64,000 nt of DNA from Alphaproteobacteria bacterium (GTDB taxonomy: Bacteria; Pseudomonadota; Alphaproteobacteria; Caulobacterales; Hyphomonadaceae): the NCBI GenBank assembly GCA_018969425.1, contig JAGWYJ010000014.1, forward strand, positions 309 to 64,308, read 5' to 3'. The notes beneath the pieces were generated by a model. The model had not been told where the DNA came from, searched no databases, and worked only from the letters and a program-made list of their open reading frames with translations. This document shows, in pieces, positions 9,915 through 18,837 of this stretch (positions are counted from its first letter, which is position 1; each line of letters starts with the position of its first letter). The position numbers and the translations under genes were made by a program.

Positions 9915-10619
9915 ATGATGGCGAACAAGGTCTATGCGGACGCCCGTTCGGCGCTTGAGGGCGCGCTCTTCGAGGGCATGACGGTGATGTCCGGCGGCTT
10001 TGGCCTCTGCGGCATTCCCGAGAACCTGATCGCCGAGATCCGAAGGTCCGGGGTCGGGGGCCTGACGGTGATCTCCAACAACGCCGGTGTCGACGGCTTC
10101 GGTCTCGGTCTGCTTCTCCAGTCGCGTCAGGTGAAGAAGATGATCGCCTCCTATGTGGGCGAGAACAAGGAGTTCGAGCGGCAGTATCTCTCCGGAGAGC
10201 TCGAGCTGGAGTTCAACCCGCAGGGAACGCTGGCGGAGCGCTGCCGGGCGGGAGGGGCCGGCATTCCCGGCTTCTACACCCGCACCGGGGTCGGAACGAT
10301 CGTCGCCGAAGGCAAGGAGCATCGGGAGTTCGACGGAGAGACCTATATTCTTGAGACCGCGCTGCGCGCCGATCTCTCCATCGTCAAGGCCTGGCGGGGA
10401 GATGCTCAGGGCAATCTGGTCTTCCGCCGCACCTCGAGGAACTTCAATCCCGACATGGCGACGGCCGGTCGCATCTGTGTGGCCGAGGTCGAGGAGCTGG
10501 TTCCGGTCGGGACGCTGGATCCCGATCACATCCATCTTCCAGGCGTATTCGTGAACCGGATCTTCGAGGGCCGGTTCGAGAAGCGGATCGAGCAGAGGAC
10601 GGTGCGTCCGCGCGATTGA
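9915..10619 (+). CDS. scoA: 3-oxoacid CoA-transferase subunit A
   Basis: 'KVYADARSALEGALFEGMTVMSGGFGLCGIPENLI' and 'YVGENKEFERQYLSGELELEFNPQGTLAERCRAGGAGIP'. The ORF opens with TTG-ATG-ATG (9912/9915/9918). Confidence 0.9.
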   Translation: MMANKVYADARSALEGALFEGMTVMSGGFGLCGIPENLIAEIRRSGVGGLTVISNNAGVDGFGLGLLLQSRQVKKMIASYVGENKEFERQYLSGELELEFNPQGTLAERCRAGGAGIPGFYTRTGVGTIVAEGKEHREFDGETYILETALRADLSIVKAWRGDAQGNLVFRRTSRNFNPDMATAGRICVAEVEELVPVGTLDPDHIHLPGVFVNRIFEGRFEKRIEQRTVRPRD

Positions 10620-10703
10620 GGAATGGGTCGCCCCAGCGGTGGGGATAAGGCGGGACGGATCCGTCGGCTCGGGGTCGTCCGGGCGAGGAATGAGGAGACG
10701 GGC

Positions 10704-11330
10704 ATGGCCTGGGACAGAGACGCAATGGCGGCGCGGGCCGCACAGGAGCTGCAGGACGGCTTTTACGTCAACCTGGGCATCGGGATCCCGACCCTGGTGG
10801 CCAACCACATTCCCGAAGGCGTGGATGTGACCTTGCAATCCGAGAACGGCATGCTCGGCATGGGACCCTTTCCGCTCGAAGGGGAGGAGGATCCCGACCT
10901 CATCAATGCGGGCAAGCAGACCATCACCGAACTGGACCGCACGAGCTATTTCTCATCCTCGACCTCTTTTGCGATGATCCGCGGCGGTCATATCGACCTC
11001 GCCATTCTGGGCGCGATGGAGGTCTCGGAGACCGGGGATCTCGCCAACTGGATGATACCGGGCCGCCTTGTGAAGGGCATGGGCGGGGCGATGGATCTCG
11101 TCGCGGGCGTCAAGCGCGTCGTGGTGATCATGGACCACACCAATAAGGCCGGAGAGAGCAAGCTCCTGCGGGCGTGCGAGCTGCCGCTGACCGGACGGGG
11201 CGTCGTTGATCGCGTGATCACCAATCTCGGCGTCTTCGATGTCGTCGAGGGCGGTCTGACAGTGGTCGAGCTGGCCCCGGGCGTTTCGATGGATGATGTT
11301 CGCGCAGCGACGCAGGCCCGTCTCGTCTGA
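10704..11330 (+). CDS. scoB: 3-oxoacid CoA-transferase subunit B
   Basis: '[26 protein letters not shown]...[12 protein letters not shown]...GGAMDLV'. ATG at 10704 was chosen because the upstream extension from 10623 is Arg-rich and non-homologous. Confidence 0.9.
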   Translation: MAWDRDAMAARAAQELQDGFYVNLGIGIPTLVANHIPEGVDVTLQSENGMLGMGPFPLEGEEDPDLINAGKQTITELDRTSYFSSSTSFAMIRGGHIDLAILGAMEVSETGDLANWMIPGRLVKGMGGAMDLVAGVKRVVVIMDHTNKAGESKLLRACELPLTGRGVVDRVITNLGVFDVVEGGLTVVELAPGVSMDDVRAATQARLV

Positions 11331-11346
11331 CGTAAGCCGGACGCCT

Positions 11347-12330
11347 TCAGAACCGCGACAGGCACGACCCTGCGAGGCTGACGGCGCGCGCCCGGATGAT
11401 TTCGAAGCGCTCGGCATTGTCGAGTTCGGGCCGATGGGCGAGCCATCCGATAAGGGCGAGCGCCCGCATCAGGCGGAAGAGAGGCAGGAGATCGGCCTCG
11501 AGCCGGATGGCGCCGACGGCTTCGTATCCCTCAAGGAACGCCGTCTCCGTTTCGGGCGCCTCGGCGTGGAAGAGGGCGGCTGCAACATCGTAAAGTCGCC
11601 AGCCAAAGCCCGCATCATCGAAATCGATAACCGCCGGACCTCCGTCCTGAACGATGACGTTTCCGGGATGCAGGTCCGCGTGGATGAGCCCGAAAGTGTC
11701 GGGGGTGCGCTCGCATGCGGAGAGGCGGCGCACGAGCCTGCGGGCGGCGGCGGCGAGGAGGCGCTGGTCGGCGCGCGACAGACGCGGGTGACGCCAGAAC
11801 CCGCCCCAGCTTGAGGTTGACGCCAGCAGGGTCTCGACCTCCAGCGAGCGTCTTAAAAACCCCTCGGGCGGACGCCAGGCCCGGGTCTGGTCGTGAAGCC
11901 GGGCCGTGAGGGCGCCCAGGCCGCGGAGCGCCTCCCGCGTGTCGTCGGCCCGCACGGCGCGTTCGATGCGGGTCGAGAGAAGATCGCCGCTGATCCACCG
12001 GGTGAGGCCTGCGAGGCGGGAGGTCTCCTCCCCTGAGCCGACCGCCACAAAGCTGTCCCCGTTGCCGGCGGTCATATCCTCCGGGGTTCGGATACCGGCC
12101 TTGCGAAGGGCTCGGGTCCATATGCGCTCGGACACGAGCTCGGCGTGGGTATTGTATCCGGGTCTGTGAAGACGCAGCGCGTAGATCTCTTCAGGCGATG
12201 AGGTCTCGACACGGAAGGTCAAATTCTCCGAGAGGGAGACGAGCTCGATGCGCGTCGGCTGCACGCCGAACGCTTCGAGCGCCTCGGCTGCGTGAGGCGT
12301 GAAGAGGGCGGCGGCTTCAGCGCGCTCCAT
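11347..12330 (-). CDS. APH-fold small-molecule kinase (homoserine kinase type II / hydroxylysine-kinase-like)
   Basis: Brenner/APH motifs 'GLIHADLHPGNVIV' and 'VIDFDDAGFGW'. ATG at 12330 overlaps the stop of the upstream aminotransferase by 14 nt. Other in-frame starts are at 12378 and 12438. Confidence 0.8.
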   Translation of the reverse strand: MERAEAAALFTPHAAEALEAFGVQPTRIELVSLSENLTFRVETSSPEEIYALRLHRPGYNTHAELVSERIWTRALRKAGIRTPEDMTAGNGDSFVAVGSGEETSRLAGLTRWISGDLLSTRIERAVRADDTREALRGLGALTARLHDQTRAWRPPEGFLRRSLEVETLLASTSSWGGFWRHPRLSRADQRLLAAAARRLVRRLSACERTPDTFGLIHADLHPGNVIVQDGGPAVIDFDDAGFGWRLYDVAAALFHAEAPETETAFLEGYEAVGAIRLEADLLPLFRLMRALALIGWLAHRPELDNAERFEIIRARAVSLAGSCLSRF

Positions 12331-13594
12331 CGCCCTGCGCCAGACTATCGTCAAAGGCCTCAAGGAAGGCGTCGGCATGAGCGCGCGAGAAGGGAAGCGG
12401 CGGCCGCAGCTTGAGGGTCGCGCCCCTGAAGCCCGCATTGTTGGCGAGGAAGCCGCGATCCTTCAGCCGGTTGACGACGCGCGAGGCGAAGACCGGATCG
12501 GGGCTCCCGTCGGAGGACAGGAGTTCGACCCCGATGAACAGGCCGTGTCCAAGAACGGCGCCGACCGGGCCGCCGAGACGGTCGGAGAGCTGAGCCTTGA
12601 GATAGCTCCCGACCTCGGCTGCGTTCTCCTTGAGGCGTTCATCCTCGATGATGTCGAGGACGGCGAGGCCCGCGGCGGCCTGAAGCGGGCTTGAGGAGAA
12701 GGTGTTGAAATACCGCGTCCGCGCCCGAAACGCTTCTATAAGCGCGCGGCTCGCAGCTGTCGCGGCGAGGGGGACGCCCGCGCCCATCGGCTTGCCGGTC
12801 ACGACAATGTCCGGGGTGAACCCCGCGCCCTCATAGCCCCACCAGCGACCGGTGCGCCCATAGCCGGACTGCACCTCGTCGGCGATCAACAGCCCGCCGC
12901 GGGCGCGCACCCGACCTGCGAGATCGGCGAGATATCCTTCGGGAATCAGCGGCAGACCTTCATTGGCGAAGATGGGGCAGAGGATGAGGGCGGCGAGGCC
13001 GTGGCCGGACGCATCGAGAGCCTCAAGGCTCGCCTCGAGGCTGAGAAGGCTCGCCTGCGCCTGCTCCTCGAGACTGAGACCCGCCGACGACGGGGCGTAA
13101 GGATCGGGCCAGGCGAAGGCGCATACGCCTTCCGCGCTGACCTCGAGCGGCGTGCGTCCGGTGAGGGATCCCACAAGCTCGGTATTGCCGTGATAGGTTC
13201 CATGAGCGCAGACGATCCCGCGTCGGCCCGTCGCCATGCGCGCCATGCGCAGGGCGATCTCGTTGGCCTCGCTTCCCGAGCAGCTGAAGATGACCGCCTC
13301 CATGCCTGACGGATGAAGGCCTGTCAGACGTTCGGCGAGGCGCACGATGTCTTCATGAAGGTAGCGGGAATGAACGTTGAGCCGCCCCAGCTGGCGGGAG
13401 ACGGCCTCCTGAACTCGCGGGTGGGCGTGACCGACGCAGGGAACATTGTTGTACATGTCGACATAGGCGCGCCCGTCGGCGTCGTAGAGCATCACCCCTT
13501 CGCCGCGCACGATGTGAAGGGGCGATGAGTAGAACAGCGCGGTCCCGGCCCCCAGAGCCGCATCGCGTCTGGCTTTCAGTTCCGCGGGCGTCAT
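12317..13594 (-). CDS. Class-III PLP enzyme of the AGXT2L/phospho-lyase type
   Basis: 'YNNVPCVGHAHPRVQEAV' (the NNV..VGH.HP signature seen in ETNPPL/PHYKPL-like proteins). The PLP lysine context is 'DIVVTGKPMGAGVPLA'. Confidence 0.85.
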   Translation of the reverse strand: MTPAELKARRDAALGAGTALFYSSPLHIVRGEGVMLYDADGRAYVDMYNNVPCVGHAHPRVQEAVSRQLGRLNVHSRYLHEDIVRLAERLTGLHPSGMEAVIFSCSGSEANEIALRMARMATGRRGIVCAHGTYHGNTELVGSLTGRTPLEVSAEGVCAFAWPDPYAPSSAGLSLEEQAQASLLSLEASLEALDASGHGLAALILCPIFANEGLPLIPEGYLADLAGRVRARGGLLIADEVQSGYGRTGRWWGYEGAGFTPDIVVTGKPMGAGVPLAATAASRALIEAFRARTRYFNTFSSSPLQAAAGLAVLDIIEDERLKENAAEVGSYLKAQLSDRLGGPVGAVLGHGLFIGVELLSSDGSPDPVFASRVVNRLKDRGFLANNAGFRGATLKLRPPLPFSRAHADAFLEAFDDSLAQGDGAR

Positions 13595-13951
13595 GAGACC
13601 TGTCCATTGGGAAGAAAGGAGACCAGGTTACCTTGCCCGGGCGCGAAACATCGTCAAGCGTCGCCTCGGTGCGCCCGGGAGCGTGAGGCAGATGCGAGCT
13701 CTGTGCGGGCGATCGCAGACGACAGGCGCTCAAAGCCAACGATGTCCGCATCATCCGTTTGCGCAATGTCATCGCAACCCGGAACAGAGCCGAGCTCGCC
13801 TTCCTGACGCCGGAAGGCTGCGGCGCCGACCAGAGCGCCGCCCAGTCGGAATAGGCCGGCTTTTGAGCCGCAGGCAGCCGCCCTGAAGCTCGAGGCGCTT
13901 ATCGGTCCCGGAGCGGTCTTTTCCCCTGTTCGCACAGAGGGCGGACGAGGG

Positions 13952-14545
13952 TCAGGCGAAGTCTTCGGCCAGCTCCCGGCGCGAAGCGGGCGACAGAATC
14001 GCCACATGTCCGTAGTGCTCATGATCGACGCCGGCGAGGACCTGGATTCCAGGGTCGCGGAAGACCTTTTTTTGCTCGGCCGTCAGCGCGAAACGGACGA
14101 AGTGAACGGACGACGCCTTGCCGTCCTCATTGGTGCGGTCCGTGTCGCCTTCCGGCTGACCCATCACGCGAGCGTCCCCGATCTGGAGGAAGAAGCGTTC
14201 TTCGACCCCGCCGAGGCGACCCAGTATGCTGGCGCGACGCCTCGGGTCATCGATCTCGAACATGATCGTCGCCACCAGCTCAGAGCCCTGCGGGATCAGA
14301 GGATTGTAGGCGGTGAGCTCGTCGGCGAGCTGCGCCTCGCCGCCTTTTTCGATGAGCAGCATCTCCTGGACCTGGAACAGCATCGTTTCGAAAGTCTCGA
14401 AATAGAAGGTGCACACGGGCCCGACCTCGATCCGGCGCAGTTTCTTCATGGGCAGAAGGGCCTTGCGGCGCTCTGCGCGCTCCCGGCTGAAGGTGCGCGT
14501 GTCGATGATGTCCTGAGGGGTGATGCGGCGAAGCGAGGCGGGCAT
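13952..14545 (-). CDS. DUF3501 family protein
   Basis: 197 aa. 'RIEVGPVCTFYFETFETMLFQVQEMLLIEK...YNPLIPQGSELVATIMFEI' matches my recollection of DUF3501. It is the last gene of the erythrin/Fe-S operon. Confidence 0.7.
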   Translation of the reverse strand: MPASLRRITPQDIIDTRTFSRERAERRKALLPMKKLRRIEVGPVCTFYFETFETMLFQVQEMLLIEKGGEAQLADELTAYNPLIPQGSELVATIMFEIDDPRRRASILGRLGGVEERFFLQIGDARVMGQPEGDTDRTNEDGKASSVHFVRFALTAEQKKVFRDPGIQVLAGVDHEHYGHVAILSPASRRELAEDFA

Positions 14546-14581
14546 GTCTGGATCTCTCTTCAGCAGGGGGAGGGGGGACGA

Positions 14582-15919
14582 TCAGGTAAGACCGCAGGCG
14601 GCGGCGAAGATCTCGATCGGATGCTCCGCGCGCGGGGCGGGGGCCCCGGCGAGATCGAGCTCCTGGGAGATGTGCTTGCACGCCAGCGGGCAGTCTGAGC
14701 AGACATGGGCGTTGGCCGCCTTCTTGGCTGCATTGACCGCGTTGCGCGACACCTTTCGGGCGAGCGGGCGCGTGGCCTTCATGACCCCGAAGGTTCCGCC
14801 ATGACCCGAGCAGCGCTCGATCACATCGACGCGCGTGTCGGGAATGAGTTTGAGCATCTCTGCGGACTTGGGTCCGAGGTTTTGCGCCCGGGCGTGGCAG
14901 GCGAGATGAGCGGTCACTCCGCCCTCGACCGGCTGGGGCTTGACCTTGAGGCCTTCTTTCTTGGCGATGTCGACGACGTACTGACAGACATCGCGGGTCG
15001 CCGCTGCGAGAACCTTCACATCCTCATTGTCAGGCAGGATGAGCGGCCACTCGAATTTCAGCATCAGGCCGCAGGAGGCGGTGGGCGCAATGACGTCATA
15101 GCCCTTATCGACATAGGGCCGGAACGCCTTGGCCACTTTCGCCGCCTGACGCGCCACAGACTTGAGATCGCCGTGCTCAAAATACGGCATGCCGCAGCAG
15201 GCCGGATAGAGGATCTCTGTCTGGACGCCGTTGGCTTCGAGAACCGCCTTGGTCGCCATGCCGGTGGAGGGGGCGTTATACTCCACAATGCAGGTCGAGT
15301 AGATGACGGCCTTGCGGGCGGCGGCCGGCGCCGAGGCGTCGCGCACCCGGTCGTCCTGCCGGGCCTGAACGGTGAAGGTCTGCGAATGATACTTCGGCAG
15401 CTCCACCTCGCGATCAATTCCGGCGAGGGATTCAAGCAGTCCGCGCGAGACCGTATTGGAGCTTGAGGAGAAGAGGTTGGCGATCGGGGCGACCGGCTGG
15501 GCGAGCCGGCCGTTGCGATCGGTCTGCGCCAGCTGACGCTCGACCTTGGGCGGACCGTCGCGGCGCGTCTCGGCGGCGCGGTAGCGCAGCATCAGATGCG
15601 GAAAATCAAGATTGAAATCGTGGGGCGGAACATAGGGACACTTCGTCATGAAGCACATGTCGCAGAGCGTGCAGGCGTCCACGACCGGCTTATAGTGTTC
15701 CTCGGGTTTCAGGCTGTCGACTTCCCCGGTCGCGCTTTCATCGATCATGTCGAAGAGACGGGGGAAGCTGTCGCACAGATTGAAGCAGCGCCGGCAGCCG
15801 TGACAGATGTCGAAGACCCGCTCCATCTCCTTATGGATCTGGTCGAAGTCGTAAAAGGACTCCTCCTTCCAGGGCAGGGGATGACGGGTAGGGGCTTCAA
15901 GGCTGCCTTCGGACGACAT
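14582..15919 (-). CDS. HdrD/GlpC-like (Fe-S)-binding protein with CCG domains
   Basis: Two ferredoxin-type clusters, 'CHGCRRCFNLC' and 'CTLCDMCFMTKC'. CCG motifs 'YPACCGMPYF' and degenerate 'RCSGHGG'. ATG at 15919 was chosen; the listed ORF start at 16096 overlaps the erythrin gene. Confidence 0.85.
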   Translation of the reverse strand: MSSEGSLEAPTRHPLPWKEESFYDFDQIHKEMERVFDICHGCRRCFNLCDSFPRLFDMIDESATGEVDSLKPEEHYKPVVDACTLCDMCFMTKCPYVPPHDFNLDFPHLMLRYRAAETRRDGPPKVERQLAQTDRNGRLAQPVAPIANLFSSSSNTVSRGLLESLAGIDREVELPKYHSQTFTVQARQDDRVRDASAPAAARKAVIYSTCIVEYNAPSTGMATKAVLEANGVQTEILYPACCGMPYFEHGDLKSVARQAAKVAKAFRPYVDKGYDVIAPTASCGLMLKFEWPLILPDNEDVKVLAAATRDVCQYVVDIAKKEGLKVKPQPVEGGVTAHLACHARAQNLGPKSAEMLKLIPDTRVDVIERCSGHGGTFGVMKATRPLARKVSRNAVNAAKKAANAHVCSDCPLACKHISQELDLAGAPAPRAEHPIEIFAAACGLT

Positions 15920-16001
15920 CGCCGGTCTCCGTCTGGATGGAGCAGTGTGGGAAAGAAGCGCCGGAGGAGGCTCTAGGCCTCCTCCGGTCGCGGGGTGTCG
16001 A

Positions 16002-16421
16002 TCAGGCGCCCAGAGTATCGAGCGTGCGCTGGAACTTGCCGGCGTGGGACTTCTCAGCTTTCGCGAGCGTCTCGAACCAGTCGGCGATCTCGTCAAAGCC
16101 TTCTTCGCGGGCCGTGCGGGCCATGCCCGGGTACATGTCGGTGTACTCGTGCGTCTCGCCGGCGATAGCCGCCTTCAGGTTGTCGGCGGTCGATCCGATC
16201 GGCTTGCCGGTGGCGGGGTCGCCGACCGCTTCGAGGAATTCCAGGTGGCCGTGGGCGTGGCCGGTTTCGCCTTCAGCCGTGGAGCGGAACACCGCAGCGG
16301 CGTCGTTATAGCCTTCGATGTCGGCTTTCTGGGCGAAGTAGAGGTAGCGGCGGTTCGCCTGGCTCTCGCCGGCGAAGGCTTCCTTCAGATTCTCGACGGT
16401 CTTGCTGTTCTTGAGTTCCAT
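16002..16421 (-). CDS. Rubrerythrin-family diiron protein lacking the rubredoxin domain (erythrin type)
   Basis: 'MELKNSKTVENLKEAFAGESQANRRYLYFA...EGETGHAHGH...AIAGETHEY...AEKSHAGKF' has ExxH diiron ligands and no C-terminal CxxC pairs. ATG at 16421 is preceded by AAGGAG. Confidence 0.88.
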   Translation of the reverse strand: MELKNSKTVENLKEAFAGESQANRRYLYFAQKADIEGYNDAAAVFRSTAEGETGHAHGHLEFLEAVGDPATGKPIGSTADNLKAAIAGETHEYTDMYPGMARTAREEGFDEIADWFETLAKAEKSHAGKFQRTLDTLGA

Positions 16422-16518
16422 AAGAGGTCTCCTTGTGGCCAAGCGGTCCGGCGGAAACGAATGCCTCCACCGGGCGTGCCCGTTGACTTAGCAAGGTCTC
16501 CGACGATTTCAAGAATTA

Positions 16519-16535
16519 TTTTAGAACAATTCTAC
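16519..16535. promoter_or_regulatory. Iron control element (ICE / Irr box) in the erythrin operon promoter
   Basis: The sequence TTTTAGAACAATTCTAC contains TTTAGAA-CAA-TTCTAcA, against the ICE consensus TTTAGAA-N3-TTCTAAA. It sits in a local AT-rich patch about 100 bp upstream of the erythrin ATG, directly after the irr stop. Confidence 0.65.
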
Positions 16536-16546
16536 ACTGGGCTGGG

Positions 16547-16969
16547 TCAGCCGGCTGTGCTGCCAGTGGATACGGGTGTTCCGCTCATTCGGATCACGAC
16601 CTCCACGGCTCTGACCCTGGCGCCTTCGGGCGCCGCCGGCAGGCCTTCAATCCTCAGGCTGTCGCCTGGGACGTCCAGCAGGTCGCCGCTGGTTTCGTAA
16701 AACAGGTGATGATGGTCAGAGACATTCGTGTCGAAATACGTCCTGTCCGTATCCAGGATGATTCGCTTGAGGATGCCGGCGGCGACGAACTGGTTGAGCG
16801 TATTGTAGACGGTGGCGAGGGAGACCTTGATCCCGGCCTTGCGCGCCATGTCGGCCACATCGTCCGCCGTGACGTGTCGGTCAACGCCGTCGAACAGTAG
16901 GCCTCCGATCGCAAGCCTCTTGGGGGTCGCGCGAAGTCCGGCGGTCTGAAGCTGGCTGGTCAGGGGCAT
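16547..16969 (-). CDS. irr: Fur-family iron response regulator Irr
   Basis: 'VSLATVYNTLNQFVAAGILKRI...TYFDTNVSDHHHLFYE' closely parallels Bradyrhizobium Irr, including the HHH motif. ATG at 16969; an alternative GTG is at 16978. Confidence 0.8.
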   Translation of the reverse strand: MPLTSQLQTAGLRATPKRLAIGGLLFDGVDRHVTADDVADMARKAGIKVSLATVYNTLNQFVAAGILKRIILDTDRTYFDTNVSDHHHLFYETSGDLLDVPGDSLRIEGLPAAPEGARVRAVEVVIRMSGTPVSTGSTAG

Positions 16970-17210
16970 GGGACGCACTCGTTTTACCTGAACCGTATAT
17001 TAGAATGAATTTAACTCGCGTCAACGGCGTCGGACGGCGCGAGGCCCCTGAGGGGCTCCCGAAAGGGCGGGAGGGGAGCGGGGGCCGCCGTCTCGCAGAC
17101 GGCGCGACCGGGTTTTTCGACAAGGGGTCTCTTGCCTTCTCGCGGACGCGACCCGTAAGCAGAACGCCCACGGCGACGGTGCGTCCGGCCCCGTGCGAGG
17201 GAGATGAGCC

Positions 17211-18407
17211 GTGACCCAGCCTGCCGCCGGCCCGTTGTCGGGTGTGACCATTCTTGACCTCTCGACAGTGGTCCTCGGGCCCTACGCGACCCAGCTGCTC
17301 GGCGACATGGGAGCGGAGGTGATCAAGGTTGAGACCGGCGCAGGCGACATCATGCGCCATGCGGGGCCTTCGCCCGCTCCGGGCATGGGCGCGATCTATA
17401 TGGGCCTCAACCGCAACAAGAAGTCTGTGGTTCTGGATCTCAAAAGCCCCTCAGGCATGGAGGCCATGCGCCGCCTCGCGGCCCGCTCGCAGGTCTTCTT
17501 CACCAATGTCCGGATGGACGGCCTTCGGCGTATGGGTCTCGCCTATGAAGATGTCAGAGCCCTTCGCGAGGATGTCGTTTACGTCCACTGCGCGGGATAC
17601 GGCTCCAATGGACCGTATGCGGGCAAGCCCGCCTATGACGATCTCATCCAGGCCGGCTCCGGGGTCGCCGACCTGTTCGCCATCCGCGAAGGCGGACCGC
17701 CGCGCTACATGCCCGCCCTCATGGCCGACAAGGTCTCAGGCCTTCACGCCGCCTATGCGACCCTCGCCGGCCTCTTCGCGCTGGCTCGGACAGGCGAGGG
17801 ACAGTTCATCGAGGCGCCGATGCTTGAAAGCTTCACCGCCTTCAACCTGGTCGAGAACCTCTACGGCCGGACGTTCATCCCGCCTCTCGCCCAGATGGCC
17901 TACACCCGCTCCGTCAGCGCCAACCGGATGCCCTATCCGACCCGGGACGGCTTTATCGGCATCATGCCGTATTCGGACGCGCAATGGGTCACCTTTTTCG
18001 AGATCGGCGGCCGCCCTGAGATCATGACCGAAGATCCGCGCTTTTCGACCTATGCGGCGCGCACGCAGAACATCGCGGCGCTCTATCAGCTGGTGGCGGA
18101 GGTGGCCGCGACCCGCACCACGGGAGAATGGCTCGAGCTTCTTGCAAAGGCGGACATTCCCTCCATGCGTTGTAATACGCTCGAGGAGGTTCTTGAGGAC
18201 CCGCATCTTCGGGCGACAGGCTTCCTTCACGAACGCCAGCATCCGGTCGTAGGTCCCTATGTCGCGATGGAGCATCCGGTTCGCTTTACCGGAACGCCCG
18301 CCGACATTCGTCTGGAGCCTCCGACCCTGGGGCAGCACACGCGCGAAGTGCTGGAGGGTCTGGGGTTCGCCGGCGACGAGCTGGAGGCGATGCTCTCTGC
18401 GTCCTGA
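17211..18407 (+). CDS. Family III CoA-transferase (CaiB/BaiF type)
   Basis: 'PLSGVTILDLSTVVLGPYATQLLGDMGAEVIKVE' is the N-terminal signature. 398 aa. Confidence 0.88.
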   Translation: MTQPAAGPLSGVTILDLSTVVLGPYATQLLGDMGAEVIKVETGAGDIMRHAGPSPAPGMGAIYMGLNRNKKSVVLDLKSPSGMEAMRRLAARSQVFFTNVRMDGLRRMGLAYEDVRALREDVVYVHCAGYGSNGPYAGKPAYDDLIQAGSGVADLFAIREGGPPRYMPALMADKVSGLHAAYATLAGLFALARTGEGQFIEAPMLESFTAFNLVENLYGRTFIPPLAQMAYTRSVSANRMPYPTRDGFIGIMPYSDAQWVTFFEIGGRPEIMTEDPRFSTYAARTQNIAALYQLVAEVAATRTTGEWLELLAKADIPSMRCNTLEEVLEDPHLRATGFLHERQHPVVGPYVAMEHPVRFTGTPADIRLEPPTLGQHTREVLEGLGFAGDELEAMLSAS

Positions 18408-18411
18408 AGGG

Positions 18412-18645
18412 TCAGGCGACCCGGCGGATCAGGCTGAACGCCTTTCGAGGTCGCTCGGGACGGGCGGCTTCTGAGATTTCGTGGAACGTCGTCCGCGTTT
18501 CGAGGCCGAAGGTGTCGAGGGCGTTCATGGCGGCCTCGAGATCTCCGAGGGCGAGGCGCCAGACCGGAACGCCCTCAATGCGGTCGTCGGGATCTTCCCC
18601 GACCAGTGCGCAGTATCGGCGCGCCAGCTGCTCATAGGCGTTCAT
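18412..18645 (-). CDS. Small hypothetical protein (77 aa)
   Basis: ATG-initiated ORF that fills the gap, convergent with the CoA-transferase. No recognisable motif. Confidence 0.3.
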   Translation of the reverse strand: MNAYEQLARRYCALVGEDPDDRIEGVPVWRLALGDLEAAMNALDTFGLETRTTFHEISEAARPERPRKAFSLIRRVA

Positions 18646-18720
18646 CGGCGTGACCCTTCAGCCCCATGGACACACAACGCCGGAGAATCGCCCGCCTTTT
18701 GTGAGTTTTTAGTTAACGCT

Positions 18721-18829
18721 GCCGTCCGGCATGCGGACGGCTCACATGCAAACGCCGGCCCCGAGAGGGACCGGCGTCGCAGGATCGTTCGATGGGGAGG
18801 AGAGGGAGGCTGAAGCCGTCCTCTCCTCC
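18721..18829 (-). terminator. Cluster of three GC-rich hairpins downstream of TonB-dependent receptor 1
   Basis: Stems: GGAGGAGAGG/CCTCTCCTCC (18797-18829), ACGCCGG/CCGGCGT (18752-18777) and GCCGTCCG/CGGACGGC (18721-18741). U-tracts are weak. Confidence 0.35.
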
Positions 18830-18837
18830 GCCTCTCA

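Noticed and set aside
13595-13951. 357-bp gap containing a protein-like minus-strand fragment (...GELGSVPGCDDIAQTDDADIVGFERLSSAIARTEL)
   Set aside because: It has no start codon with a ribosome-binding site and no recognisable family. It overlaps the DUF3501 3' end only as part of a longer junk-like ORF (13654..14022). It might be a decayed gene remnant, but I cannot support that from the sequence alone.
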